Origin: Klebsormidium nitens
Taxonomy: Eukaryota > Plantae > Klebsormidiophyceae
Assembly: GCA_000708835.1 (NCBI GenBank)
Contig: DF237257.1
Coordinates: forward strand, 41,885 to 105,884
Direction: 5' to 3'
Length of the DNA: 64,000 nucleotides
Position numbers and translations under genes: made by a program. The notes under the pieces were generated by a model. It made no database searches, was not told the DNA's origin, and saw only the letters and a list, made by a program, of their open reading frames with translations. The first letter of the stretch is position 1, and each line of letters opens with the position of its first letter. Below are positions 36,301 to 51,300 of the stretch, piece by piece.

Positions 36301-39300
36301 CCGGGACGTCAAATTGGAAAAAACCCAATTGCACAAGTCTGGACTTTTGAGGTGGCGAGATTTGATGTTGCGCCCGTCCTTTTCATGGCTCTCTTCGTTT
36401 GCAGGGGATAGATTGGTTCAGAGAGTCGCAGGCTGTGAACTGTTGCTGACAAGTGCGACTAAATTCAGAAAGCGACTGAGGAAAGGCTCTACTGATGTCT
36501 TCGAGGACGATTGGATGCTTCCGGCCACCACAGATTCTGACCAACTGAATGTTGTTCAGCACAAGGACAAAACTTTAGCGCTATAAAAGGTTATTTTGGT
36601 AAAAGGATCACCTCACTATGCAAGATGTAGCTCATGCAGTGCGCAAGAGACCATCAGGCAAAAAACGAACAAGAGGGGAGGGCAGAACGTCTGCAACCTT
36701 TGATACGAACGACGACCGGAGAAGAAGAGGTTTGCGAAGGTGAGCAACCGAAAGTTGCCCCTATCGATCCCGTCGGATGCCTTTCTATTCTGGACAACGC
36801 AAGACCGCGGTGGAGCAACCTTGACAGCCCACGCAAGCAGAACAACGGAAACAGCCCTCACGTACGACTGTCCAGCCCTGGGGTGACGCACTTGACGGTC
36901 CCTTAAGGTGGCGCAATGATCACTGGGCAACGGTTCCGACAGCCCCAAAAAAGTTCGTTGCTTCAGCTTGACGATAAATCAGAGTGGCTTCAAAACGCAG
37001 CAACTTCTTATACTGCACTACTGGTTGCCTCTGTAAAACTCAAATGGACTTAGGGTACTCGGATTGCGTCCTTGAGCACACCTTGATCAAGCGATGATAC
37101 CGAACCGCTTGCAGCCAAAGCAGCGAGTCTGGAAAGTTCCTCTTGACGGCACAAATCAACGCACAGACAAGTAAAAGCGACACCCAAAGACGGAGACGCC
37201 TGAACCTGATACGAACCCGCTACTTGATCCGCTACTAACCCACCTGGTAAATGATCCGCCCCGCATGCGGCATCCGCTTATACTGGTCGTGCGCGCGCGT
37301 CAGCAGCGCAATGGCTAGCTGAGAGTGCGCCACGTGGCGCTCCTGGAGCAGCGCATGACGCACGAACTCCGCCTCCGTTGGGCGCTGAGTTTCCGGCGTT
37401 AACCCGCGGTTCAGAATCCGGGGCGCTTGGCCGATGTACAGCGGAGGGCCGATCTTCTCGGCGACCCCTGAGAGCACGTCCTCCTGTTCCAGGTCGCCAA
37501 ACGCCTGGGCGATGGAGAGGGCGGACTCAAAGGCCTGGCGGCGCTTGACTGCGCACGCAGCGGCCAACTGCGAGAAGGGGTTTCAGGTGTCAGGACTGCG
37601 GTTTCACTTTGCTTGGATACAAGGTGAGGCCAACGCTCCTCGTTTTGGAAGCGAAGAAGCCCCCTCGGCGTAGGAGTAAAGAGGTTGTTTGGCTGACCTT
37701 TCTCGAAAGCGTTTCTTTTTTTGCAATTAACTGGAAGGGTCTTCCATCAGTTTAACCTAAAACTCCGTGGATGACCTTGGGACCCCGTCTGCTCTCAATT
37801 GGTCAAGGTGCCGTCGAGCATATCTGATGAAGCGTTAAAGGGCTGCCCAACGGAGATATATGTTATCGAGCTTCGGCTGCCAATGCAGGAAATCAATTTA
37901 GTTCAGTATGCGGCAAACAACCTCCAAATCAGATTACTTTAAGCGACCACTAGTGCCTAACCGGGACCTGTTTGCGTCAATTTCCATTCGAGGTGCATTC
38001 CAACTCTAAGGGCGGGTCGTGAAAGCTTGGGAAACACTGCTAGCGTCTGAAGCACGACGTCATCATTCGGCGTTCGGAGGCAAAGCTTCTGTTTACCAGA
38101 AGCCCAGTGACTATCACCGAGCGTCTTTGAGAAACTACCGGACTGAACACAGGACTCTGGCCTTAACAGAGCTTCGCGGCAATCAGCACTTTTAGACCCT
38201 GCCCTGACTTCTTCAGGTCACGGACGGGTATCATTGCCTACGAAACCCCAACCGGACGCAGTTTGCTCAAACGTGCTGCAGAAAGAGATTCACAGTTGGC
38301 AATCTTCCAGGCATCGCCGAATTGAACGCAGTTTCGCAGAGTGGATGACAACCACATTAGATTAGTAAGCAGACGGCCGAGGGGAAGTTGCAATATTGAT
38401 CGGAAAAATGACCTATGAAGCACGGCTCTATCCCGCACTGGCAGCCGGAAAAGGTTGTCTCGTCTTTAGCACATCATGAGTTTCGCAATCCAGGATATGG
38501 TGGCTCTAAGGAGGATTGCGCATTTTTCTCACGACTTGTAGACTACCTAGACGAGAGGCTTGGAAGAAATGGTGCGACAGAAGCTTCCGACGAAGACGGT
38601 TCCACAGCCAGCTATTGTGCTTTGGGAACGAAGATCCGAGAAGAAGGTGAAAGATGGCAATCCGAAAGAAACCCTATCGGCAGCAAAGCTTCCACGGGCG
38701 GTGGTCATCGTCGCCACCCACAGCTTACGGGACAGATCGACGGTAGAGACCTGAAAAGGGGGGCTACATCCGACGCGGCTTCACTGCACCGTCGGCGGCT
38801 CTGAGCAACCACAACTTGGCATGCTCACCAAACGCCGCGTCATCATCGCCGCGATCTGTGACAAAGTCCTCCTCACTCGAATCTAGGCCTCAATGACCGA
38901 ACAATCGCATACAAGACTTGCATGCATGGCGTCGCAAACGGTCCACTTCGGCGAAATGTGCGACATTGCCAAAGATTACATCTCATGGCCAGCTGTTTGC
39001 GGGCATGGCAGAAAGGAGAAGCAGGCTTGAGTCGGAACAACGCGACCACCATCAAGCTTCAGAAAAGTTACATATTTGACGTCTGATTTGGTCAGTGTAT
39101 CCCCTTAGCATCGGAACGCCGCCACACAAATGGGGCGGATTTCAAGGTCGAGTGCCCGCATCGCTTCGCTCCCGCCAAATCGGTGTTCCTTAGTGGACAA
39201 AATACTTATGTCGAAAACGTTCGGTAGCGCAGACTCAAAGCAATGCAAGGAGCCTTGTCCTCAGCGCTGAAAGACCTTAACCCTGATGAGCTTCTCAGAG

Positions 39301-42300
39301 ACGACGGTCATTATGTTGCTCACTAGAAGGTCAAATCGGCTTCGACGTGAGCTTGGACTCTTCCTGGAACGACCACAAAAGGGAAGGGAAGAAACACTCT
39401 CTGTGTGTGATAACGGGCGGAAAACACCACATTTGGTTGTGTAGGAGGGTGCGAAAGGCGTTCAGGAACAGTCGGCTAGGCGGCAAGGGGTTCTGTTGAA
39501 AGAACGGCAGCTCCGAGGCCAAGCTTCATTTGGTATTCCGCAAGATTAGCTGACCGCTTCGGTCAAACACAACTCCAATCATTGCTCGTTTTACAACCAG
39601 AAAGGACTCACAAGACCGCAGCACCTACCAACACTTTCAGACGTCCTGGGCTCGAGACCGAACGCAACTCTGCGTGGTTTGGCGGAACTTCAAAACGAAG
39701 GAATGGCCGAAGCGCGCAGGCGGAGACGTGACTTGTAACCTGAGTCAGTAAATTACCAGCGTGCAATGATTTCCAAGCGTTGGCACCTCGTTCATGACCG
39801 CGTCCCCTTGAAAAACCACGTCACGAGTTCGGACGGCCAACCTGGCTATTGAGGAAAATGGAGCAACACCAAGTTGCGATTATAGTCGTTCGCGTTGTTT
39901 CGAGAATGTGGGCAGGTTCGGTGGCAGTCCGTGCTCCTCCTGAAGGTTGGGCTCGTTGGCGCCCAGCGCATCGCATATCATCATTGCCGCATTGCGGGGC
40001 TTGACATTAAACGAAACAACTCGTTCGCGCCAGAAGCACTATCTGCTATGAATCAAAAGATTGATTAATAGATGGTCTCTACAGGACCAGGAAGCGGCCT
40101 AGATAAGGTCAAGCCGCCTAATCAAGTCGTAAAAGAACTGATGAAGAACTCGGGGGGAGATCCACGCTGCCTGACATGCTGATGTCACGACCCCGGGGAT
40201 CTCAAGTCTGTAAACTTAATGCAGCCAAACCCCAAAGAACGAGATGCCCACTGCGACGCAGATTGTCGAAGCCCAGACCTTAAGCAGAGCTTATAGATCG
40301 ATAAGACCAGATCAGGAAATTCAAGGTGGTTTTTTCAGCATTCGTGTCGTGCTCCTTTAAAGCCAGAAGAGACGCACTCTCCTCAAGGTTGCAACGACTA
40401 GAAGGCGCCCTAGGGTCACCAGTTGTCTACCACCGGAAAATCGTAGGTATCGAGGTGGTTATACAAAAGATCAGGAGCGTGGGCTCTGGCGGTTCAAAGA
40501 AACTTGTTGTGGTTGACATTGGCGTAGCAAAATGGAGAACGAGTCTTGTGACACAAACATCGGTTTCTTTGGTACCAGGAAGCGTAACGGTCTGTGCCGC
40601 TCAAGGCAAAGTCAATCAGTTTTGCAGTTAAGGGACGGAAAGCGCGAGGGAAAAGGCAAACAAACGGCTAGAGAACGCAAAGCGGCAGGGCGGCTGCATT
40701 GCCGTGCGTAACCCATGGTCCAGGAACTTGCGGAAACTGGCGGTCACAGCAGACAAATCCCAGTGGCAGCAATGGCTACCCTGTCAATGGTCATCACGGC
40801 CAGTGAAAGGCATCAGCATGAGACGTGAGCCCAAACAGAAACAGCAAAAACAGAGTGCTGTCAGCACATCGGTTTTGATGGCAAAGTCCACCGGAATCTC
40901 AAGCGTGCGAAAAGAGCGGCTCTGGCGATGACCAATGCAAGTGGCGACAGCAGTCCCGGTCGTTCGAAAGGACGCGGTGAGCCCGCCAAAGGCCTCGTCA
41001 ACATAGCCGCAGGAGGTTGAGACAATCTTAGCAACAAAAATCAGCAACGTCGTTGTTTTTGCATCACCGGTATGACCATCTGGCATTCTATTACTGCAGG
41101 AGTTTGAGCGCTCGAGTCTGACTTCGGACGGCAAACAGTGGATCACTCTTGGCGGTCATGGACCAGTGGCAGTGGCAAGATACTGTCAGCCAGATGCACT
41201 GCTTATTCCATTCACGGCCAAGTCTGCATACCCAAACTTACAAAAAAGGATATCTGTTACAAAAGTAGCACTTTGGCCACAGGAGTTGCTCTATCGTAGA
41301 AGCATTCCACGGCTTAACCAGAAACCTCACTCGAGGCTTGCCACTAGCATGCTCAGTCCACTGATAGCACTTATTTGTCATCCAGTAGCAAAGATGAGTC
41401 GGAATGCGTCGTAAGAAACAAAAAGGGGCTCCTGGCATCTTTGTACAAACTAAGCAGACAGGAATTGATAAAAGGTCGAAAGGTTTGGACGCACTAAGAC
41501 CCTCTTGCAAGGTAGCTCTAGACCTTGAAAACGGATAACTGAAACAAGGTACACCTCTCGAGGACATTGATTGGCGTCGGAGGCATGTCCTCACCGTTGC
41601 TGGACGCCAACAATGGGATGTCTCGTCATTACCATCTCAACCTTGTTTCAGACCAGAAGAGATCAGAGAGCATCAGAGTGCCAGACCTCAGAAATTTCGA
41701 ACCAGTGCCTTGCATCTCTTTGAAATGACTCCACCCACAGGTGAATCGACTTCTTAGCTTCAAACGACGGGCGTGCGTTTCGGGTTTGCAGGAAACCAGG
41801 GTTACAACGTAAGGCTTCAAAAATCCTGCTCCTGTAAGAAGCCCGCAAAACCAGCGATTGCAGAATGGCAGGTTCGACGCAAAATGGACACGAATTGCGC
41901 TGACAGCCCCCCAAGTCACAAAACTGCAACGGGTGTCGTCGTTGGACGGACCGGCCGCAAGGCAAACGCGCAAACGGAGGCAGTCTTACCTGCAAAAGGA
42001 GCAGAAGGCAACGTCAGGGTGAGCGTTGGTTAACATGCCAAAAAGCGGTCAGGAGACGTTCAAGTGAGTGCGAACTCAACGTGAAGAGCTCCAAAAGGAA
42101 CTACCATCTCGCATCTCGCCAAGTTGCCGCAATGGACAGCAAAGGGAAGCATATTAAAAATATGGGGTTCTGGTTGCCGCTCATCTCATAGCGCACTGTT
42201 TCGAGTCAGCGCATCAGCTCTATGCAGCCTCCTATCGTAGGGGGCAGATGAGACGGAGTGCCACCCGTGGCGGAATGAGCTTTCTGGCGGCACCGCCAGG

Positions 42301-45300
42301 CCTAAGTGCGTCCTTGGCAGAGAAAGCGCTTTGGATTCCCACTCAAATCCTGCATACTCTACGATTGAAAAAGAACTGCGAGCTCTCTACTCGGAAAAGG
42401 TGCAGGCCATCCACGGATAATGAAAGGGCCGTCAGCACTTCCAACACAAGATGAGGGCAGCAGACGAACTCGGACGAGGGCAGACTGTAAGACAAGCAAA
42501 AGTCTCAAAATGAGTCCTCGATACCGCAGGTACCTAGCCTTAGACACTCAATTCCTTGGATGCTTTATTGGATTCGGGAAGGCGACCTAGGGTAATCTTG
42601 CTCAACGTGTGAAATCTGAAGACCCCATATTTTGATTGGCTCCTTCTCAGTTTGACACGGCTCACGTTCTCCATTACGGCTCAGACTTTCAACACGTGGC
42701 AATCAAGAGCGAGCAGGTGGCAAGGACATTACGGCCACACCATACTGTCGTCATTGCCATGGGATATGGATAGATTACTCCTGCTTTAAGACAAAGGATT
42801 GACGTGGTCGATATGCGTTCGTTATAATCAAATTCGGGTGACAGAGACCTACTGTGCCAAGGATGCCACGCGTTCAGCAAACAAAGTCCTGACACAAGCT
42901 GCACGTCCGGCTGGCGATCGGTTTCAGACTAGAGAGTGCTGGCAGAACGGGCCAGGGAGGTTTGACGTCACTGCCATTGCCGACCTTACGAAAGGTTGTT
43001 ATCGCGTTTCGCTTCTCCCTTCTGATCCGATGAAGTTAAAACGGTCGTGGCAATCCAACAGAAACATAGCACGTACGAGTTAACTTTTTCGGAAGGGGTC
43101 ATATCAAGGCGGAGCAGGCTGGCAAACTACAACAGCGCAGAGACACGGCCTCACATTCAACAGTGCACTGCCGAAAGTGGCAATCCTCACAAGAGTTGCA
43201 ATTACGCAGAAGACAGCCTGCAGCGCACCTAAGTACTGCAATCGTCGCCGCTTGTTCGGTCAGTTCAAAGAGCTGATTCGACCAGCTTGTAGTGGCAAAA
43301 TCTACCGTTGCATGTGAGAGCAAAATCGTGTTCGCTTCGCGGACATCTATTCTTCAAAAGGTTGAGTCCAGCCACCCTTGAAAGTGGAGGCGTCACGGAA
43401 GAACAAGTCCTTGTGAGCCTTCATAAGAGGAGGACAGGGACGGCAGATTACAGTGTGCCAAGGTTGAAGGCAAGGATGGGGGTATTTCCAGCAAGGGAAA
43501 ACAAATCAGGATTTCCAAGACCGGCTTCAAGATACACCAGCTTACTGGCCGAGCCCCTTGAGACTGCCAGGTTCGCTTCTTTCACAGCCCAGGTGCTTGA
43601 TTCCCAGCAAACAGTCATCCAAAGCCGCCAACAACCGGATCAGGCTCCGGCACTACGTGGGTATTGAACCGAAAATTGCGTCGATACATTAGACAGGATA
43701 GGACTCCTCAAAGTCTACTTCCTGACAGGGCAAGAAACGACGTCGACACTGATGCAACACCTGCTCCAGTATTCTCCAACAGTTTCAGTCCGATTGGGCG
43801 GACGTGCAGTCCATGCGCGGGATGCGAGCTGGTATATGTTCAACATGCAGCGTGATTAGGCACATGCACGAGTAGATCCAGCCAAAGATAAGCAGTGTTG
43901 AACAAAGCGGAAAGCGAGCAGACTTGGCATTGAGCATGAAAACCGACTATCGATGGGAGAAGACTATCCGTGATGGATATCCCCCAGTCAATTCAGGATG
44001 TCTTCACTGCCATTTGTGACCCAATCATGATATATGAAACAGCAATCCTTCATCCACTCGTTGCGAGCAAGACAGCAATGCAATCTACAATCATGCAAAC
44101 CCGAAAGATGAAAACCAATGCATCCCAAACGTTTATCATCACAGCATCCTAAATTGGCAACAGATGCTTCGTCACATGAAGATGATTCTGCAAGATGGCC
44201 ACAGAGTGCCTGGAGAGCACAACTTAGCCTCGCTATGAGTATTAAAGGAGGGTGGAAACAAAGATCGAATCCATCCTTGCAGCCGGCACAGGCCCCAAGC
44301 TGCCTCTTACAAAGATGAGCAGACCCTCTTTCAAGCCGTTGAAAATTCTGAGGCGGGCTCTTCATAACATCTAGATTTGCGGAGTCCCGATCTTACCTAG
44401 CTTTCAATTAAGGATTTGCAAAGAACGAGTATTTTCCATTCTCGACGTCGATTGAACATCGCTTTTTGTTCGACAAAGCGGCCTTGAAAAAGGTTTCGAG
44501 CTAGTTTGCCATCGGTGGCGAAAGACGGCTACTGACCACACAGCCAGGCAGCTTCACGTCATCATAGGCACGGCATTCCGAGGACGCAATTGAGCAGGGC
44601 AAACCAGTCACAACAGAGCTCGGACGCACAGACAACAGCAGTGTTACGAGTCCCTTCGTCTCACGTCAGAAGCTAAAGCATCACCTGTGAAAAGAAGGCT
44701 GCCGCTGGGTCAAAAACTATGGCGCAAAATAGCGCAAACATGAGAAACTTCTGAAGCAACGCCGTTGGCGAAGCGGCAACGACTTCTGCGGACAGGGCTA
44801 TTCGCAATTTATGTCGAAATGGACGCCGCTGTTTGTCTGGGCGGTATGGAGTGCAGAAGGACCTTCCGGTGGAATCAGAAAGTGTTTGGTCCAGCGGAGT
44901 AGAGGCCGCCTTCCACTTCCCTCGAAGTCTTCTTCCAACGGGGACGCCACGTTCTTCAGGAAGCGAGAGCTAGAGACCCCACAAGGGATTCCCAGAAAAC
45001 GAACTGGACTGAAAGAATGAACAATAACCCTGGTAACCAGTCCGAAGATGGCTCAGTAACGGTCGAAAGTCCAAGAATAATGATGAAGCGAGCAATCAGA
45101 GAAGGCATTTTGGTGGCACATTTTCTACCGATAAATGCGATCATCATAGCCAATGATTCGAAGCACATGTCTTTGTCAAGCACCCAAAAGTCCTCTTCGG
45201 ACTTTGTCGTTCTGTAACCGCTCAGTACCCCTGATGTGCGGGCAAAGCAGATCGACGGAGGATGGAAGGAGAAGCAACAAGGAGTTGCCGCGCCGCTGAC

Positions 45301-48300
45301 CAGAAGGTTACGCGAAGGGACAGGGAAAGAAGTCGACGAAAGAAACTTGAGGAAAGTGTGCCCATGCGCGAAAGCAGATTACTATGAAATCGCGTTGCGG
45401 TCGGATCGTGAACGTTCTCGATTCATACAAAAGCCCCGGAACCAAGTCACCTGCTCCACCATTCTGGAAAACATAACGTGTAGCATATGACCAAAAAAAA
45501 AAAATACAGCCTTCGTGCCAGTCAGAAACGGAATGCCAGACATGAAGACATGGCGACAGGGCCAGGTTTTGTTTGTCATAGGCGGGCCAGCCAGTGACAA
45601 GAGCAGAGGAGCGGGCGCGAGCACAAAGCTGCTGAAAAAAAACTATCCATGCCACAAAGGTGCCTTCGAAGCTAGAGTATGTTGCCGGGCTGGGCTATTA
45701 CTGTGCGTAATGACAGTCTCGGCACTCTGGAGTCGTCACAACAAGATAAGATGCAGCAGAAGAACGGAATTTGGGGCAGCATGTGCTTCAATCAGAAGTG
45801 CGCCACGAGCCACCGTGGCCTACAATGGATGGGGCTCATTTTCGTGGCAAATGCCATGGATCCCGTCAAGGCCCGCATTGTTTTTCGGAGTATCTCAGTG
45901 ACTTCCAAATCACGACCCGTTCGCAAAACACTCCAAGCGGGCAGGTTGCAAAAAGTAAGCGGCAATCTGAGCGGAACTTGTGAGGGCCCTTCTTGCAACT
46001 GCCAATTACAGAGGGACAACCAAACCCTGAAACCCCGAAGGAGAAAGTCTGAGATAGAGTCACCACATAGATCGCCCGAAAATACGACTCGGCGTCAGGA
46101 CGGTTTTCACATCGCTGCTGGTACGCCAACATCGGGGAGTCTCGTCACTGCCGTTCCAACTTCATTTGAGAGCAAAAGGGGTCATATGTTCCATTAGAAT
46201 GCACGTCCTGGACCTCATCAGGTGATTGCCTTGAACGTTCAGCAGGACTGCACAAACCAAGAATCCCCCTCTTTGAAACCCGAGTTTTAACAATAAAGAC
46301 GAAACCTTGGCCTCGAAAGAGACCGAAGATCCGAAGCGAGACTTTTGAAAGATGCTCTACAAAGCAGCGGCTGCAGACTGGCCTACAGGAATCTCTTCCG
46401 TCAACAAAATGAGTCGCGCAGGCAGCCCCTCAAGTGACAACCTTACCACCTGTGTCGCGCGTGGACGGAACGAACTTCAGGTAAGTGCGCAAGCGAAGGC
46501 GATCTTACCTGCAAACGGAGCACACGACAACGTTAGAGACGAGCGTCGGGTCTTCGTCCAGAGCGATTTAGAGGATCTCAACGCATAACGACCTAACATT
46601 TAGGAGCCTTCGAGATGACGCCTTCGTCGAACACCGGTGATCTGTTGCAATTGGCAATCAAGAGAAGCTTTCCGTAGTACTGGGTCCTGATTTAGGCTCA
46701 GTTCAAAGTAGCGCACTGTCCCAGTACCGGGAAAAAGCTTTTTCATATTTTCCGTTCTAAGGACGATCGGACATTAGTGCCATCCGTCGTCAAGAAACTA
46801 GGTTTGGGGGCACCGCCAGGCCAGAATATATCATTGGCACAGCAAGCGATTCGGGTTCCCCTTAACAAAATGCAGATTTATGCTGAGAAAATTGCACATT
46901 CATCTTTACAGAACAGATGCAGGCCAGCCACGAGAAATGAGCGGATCTGATACGGGATGAGGGCCGCAAAGGTGCTCGGACAATGATCGAATGTAAGTTC
47001 AGTGGAATTCACGATACTTCAGTATTCGCTTCCGAGAGTTGCATGCTTTCAGAATAAAGACGAAATCCAACACACTGACGCAGTGGACAACACAACCGAG
47101 GACAAAATTTTCGGTTCTGCATCCTTTGGGACTTTTGAGTCCCAGAACCTTGTCTGGCTGCTTCATCTGCTTCTTTGCTCTTGCACAACATACGCGCCTC
47201 CGACTGGGCCCGCACCTCTTAAAGCTTGGTTCTGAAAAAGAGCATGTCAAGCGTGGCATGAAAAATTTAGCGACGCAATCATCTCGTCATCGCCACAAAA
47301 ATAGGGTTGCAATACTTATTTGGCATCGAAGAGGGGGGCCCTGCGATGTCGATCGAGCTGCGTTTTGTTGTTCGATTATTAAGATACTCGGACCTGCTGT
47401 GCCTAGAATGCCAAAGTTTACAAAAAAGGAAGTCGTAAACCTCAGCTGCCGCTTGTGTTGGCTCTCATTTGAATGTCCAGCTACTGCTTCTGGCAGAATA
47501 AGCCATGTAGAATTGACATCACTGCCACCGCCGACCATAATAAAGCTATTTTCGCTTCTCGCTTCTAACTTCCTCTTTCCGACTGAAAGAGGCCCGAAGA
47601 ATCAACAAAGACACAAGCGAAGGCGAAATGGCTACTCCCGAAGCGGAGTAAGTTAGGGCGGAGCTAGCCGGTATACGACAACAAAGCAGAACCACGTGGC
47701 TTCACATCCTAGGACCCGCTGGCCAGAAGCGACACAACTGGGCTTTGACTCCGGTGCTACGGAAGAGGCTTGGTTTTACCAAGATAAAGGAACATAGTCA
47801 CAACACTACACTTCTGACTGGCAAACTTTTCAAATCAGAAATCCGACCCTTGCGAAAGTGCGCTTCAGAAGGTTACGGGTCAGCCCTGTCCCAAGTCTTG
47901 TTTCGATTGGAAGGCGGACCGACTGCGGTGTAAAAAGTCGACAAGGACGAGAGTTTTTAATGGTTGGCTGTCTTCTAAAACCCCGAGTCTATGTGTGGCA
48001 GGAGACGGCCCAGCCAAAACCCTTGTAATCATCGCCGCTCTCCCAGTCATCCTGAAGCTTGACCTTCTACATTTTCTTATGGTTGCATATATGCGTATAC
48101 GAGGAAAGGTCCGGCCCAAACGGTCGGATTCACCCTGAAATGCGAACGTCCAGCCACCCTTATCGAGTCGAAAGAATACACGACGCCGAGTCTCTACCAT
48201 ACAGCAAAAGAAGCGGATAATAAACACGGCCATTTCATATCGTACCAAGGTTACAGGCAAGGACTCCGGGAGTCCCAAAGCACATCAGGCTTCTCCGAGA

Positions 48301-51300
48301 TCAGCTCCAACCCACAGAAGCAGTAAGTGGACGAGACCCTTAAGAGTGCCAGAATTACTTCTTTCATGGATCAAGTGCTTGATGCCCACCGACCGGCGTC
48401 CGATGTCGCCGGCCATTAATCAGGCTCCGGCCCAACGTCTCACAAACGAAGGGAAACGATCGATTAATTTGACAGACAGTTGGGAAGGGCTGACGGTTCG
48501 ATGCCCCTCCGACGTCCTTTGTTTTACAGCCTGATGTCCAGAACGACTTGCAATATTCACGCTGCATCTGCTCGTGGACAGGTCAAGAATTCTTGGCATC
48601 GATTGGGGCTTCATGGAGTCAAACGCAGAGGAGGAAAGCAAGAACAACTTCAAATCGGCTCGATTCAGGGAAGTACGGACGCTGCGCACGCACCTCGACC
48701 TAGCTTACGGAGACCGCGGAGAGCGCGCAGACTTGGCATCAAGAATGTCTACAAGCTCAGTGGGACAGATGATCGATGTCCCCAGGATAATCTCATGTCG
48801 TCACTGCCACTCAAGACGGAATTGAGGGATTCTTCGAGCATGGCGAACCAGATTGGATTGACCACCTCACTCTCTTACTCTCCACGATTGAAAAAAGCGG
48901 TCCGTTGCAAGAATGGCCGCTCACACACGCAATCTACAGCAAAATTAGAGTCTTTGCCGACGCAACGTGGATTCTTCCAAAAAGCTTAGGGTACCTAAAG
49001 ATTGGACCAATCCTCCTCCTTGGTAGCGAAGGAGGGCCGAAAAAGGAAAGCCATCGGTTTTTACACCGGCGCAGCGTCCTGTCCGCATGAAAAGAGGCTT
49101 GGCATCGAGTTGGTCCCAAGGATTAACATTTATGAGCGGGCATTCCTCCCGCCAAACTTGCTGGTTCCCAGGCTTAGCTAGATTCAACGGAGAGTCCGCA
49201 AAAAGCAAAAACAAAATGTCTTTTCTGGAACGAAGTCATTCACAGTAAGAGGGAAGCTTGAGCGACAAGCTCAAGCCGATTGCCGTCGTTTGGGCCCTGG
49301 TGCTACTGACCAAACAGCCAGGCAGTGAACTTCATCATAGGCACGTCATCCAAGCAAACGCAAGAAGGACAGTACAACAGGCACAACATAGATCAGAAGG
49401 ATGGAGAACAACAGCGTCACGAGTGCCTCCGCTTCCTGTCAAAGTCTGATGCACCGGGTTCAAAGCAGTATTCGGTACTCATGATTCTGGCGCATAACAG
49501 CGGACATATGGGAGACTTAAGGCAACACCCTTGATGAAGCGGCAACTACTCTGGCAAATCGAGCTGCCCGTAATTCACTGATCTGTACTGATGCCGCGCG
49601 TAGCTTTGGGCGGTATGAAGTGCGACACTTCGAGGAGAAGAAGCGAAAGAAGACCTTCCAGCCAATACATGACAACCTTCAGTTCAAAAGAGCTAAGGCA
49701 AGTGTCGAACGCCACTAAGTACAAATCAAAGAGGAAGCTTCGTCTCTTAGAAAGTAAAAGTCAATGGCCTCTACAGGAACTTTCAGAGGAACGAAGTGCT
49801 CAAACGATGCACCAAAATCCGGTTGACAAGATTGGACGATGCCTCACCAGCAATCAGAAGTCCAAAGTTCAAGATCCAGCGAGCAATTAGAACAGGATGT
49901 GGACTTTGATGGCTCCTCATTGCCACTCAATGAGCACGTGAATCCTTCAAGCCCCCAGAATCATATTTGGACTTTGTCGTTTCAGGGTACAGCGAAGTTA
50001 CGGGCAAAAAACAGACCAAAGAAGGATGCAAGGGGACACAATGGATGTTGCCGGGGCTGACCAGAAGGCAACGCGAAAGGACAGAAGCACTTCCTCGACC
50101 AGAAAGTCACGAGGAAAATGTTGCTTATGGGCGAAAAGCAGAAGACCATGAAACGGCCTTGCATACGATTCTTGAACGTTCTTGGTGATATAAAAGCCCC
50201 GGAACCAAGGTTACCGCTCGATTTTTCTGGAAGCCTCGGCAACTCACAACGTATAGCAAATGATTGGAAAATGTCAAACTGTCCAGCCGTTGTGCCAGTT
50301 AGGAACCAGAGCAGACGACATGGCAACAGGGCCAGTTTTGTCTCGTCATGGGCGGGCCAGCCAATTGATGGAGCAGAGGAGCGGGCGCGAGCGCAAAGGT
50401 GCTGGAAAAACATCCACCCATGCCACTAAGGTGTTTCCGAAGCTAGATATGTTGCCGGGCTGAGCTTTTACTGTGTGCTATGACGATCTCGACAGTCTCG
50501 AAGTCGGCGCAGCAAAATAAGAATGCAGCAAAAGAAACGGGATAGGGGCAACATGTGCGTCAGATTTGAAGTGCGCCACGTGCCCCCGTGGCCTACAACG
50601 AACGGGGCTCCTTTTCGTGGCTAATATCAATGGGTCCTGTTAAGGCTGGCTTTTGTTTTCTGAGTACCTCAGCGACTTCCAAATCACGATCCGTTCGCAA
50701 ACCACTCCAAGCGGGCAGGTTCCAGAAAGTCAGCGACAATCCAAGCACAACTTGCGAGGGCGCTACTTGCAAGCCCCAAATAGAGAAAGACAATCAAACC
50801 CTGGGATTCTGGAGCCTGGAAGTCTGAAACAAAGTCACACTACACATCGCCGAAATTGTAACTTGGCGTCAGAAATTTTCCAGGCAACGCTGCTGGTATG
50901 CCAACAGCGAGAGGTCTCGTCACTGCCGTTCCAACTTCAGTTTGAGAGCAAACCCGGTCACATGTTCCATCAGAACGCACATCCTGAAAATTATTAGGTG
51001 TCAGGCCTTAAACGTTCAGCAGGATTGCACAAATCAAGGATCCCCCTCTTCAGGACCCTAGTCCAAATGATAAAGACTAAACCCTGGCCTCGACAGAGAC
51101 CAAAAACTTAAAGCGAGACTTACGAAACATGCTTCACAAAGCAGTGGCTGCAGACTGGCCGATGAGCTTCCTTCCGTCGACAATATGAGTCTCGCAGGCA
51201 GCCCCGAAAGTGACCATTTTACCATCTGTGTCCCGCGTGGACGGTACGAAATTCAGGTAAATGCGCAGGCGAAGGCGATCTCACCTGCAATAGGAGCACA

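Noticed and set aside
33663-36411. Plus-strand ORFs of 150-325 aa
   Set aside because: Antisense shadows of the large TRAPPC11 exons.
39890-40040. VVSFNVKPRN..MICDALG resembling a kinase catalytic loop, and CILMEH at ~46190 and ~50960 resembling subdomain V
   Set aside because: Catalytic residues are missing, other subdomains are absent and the order is inconsistent; insufficient for a kinase call.
40184-40196. TGTCACGACCCC resembling an LTR start
   Set aside because: No second LTR, primer-binding site, polypurine tract or gag-pol remnant seen.
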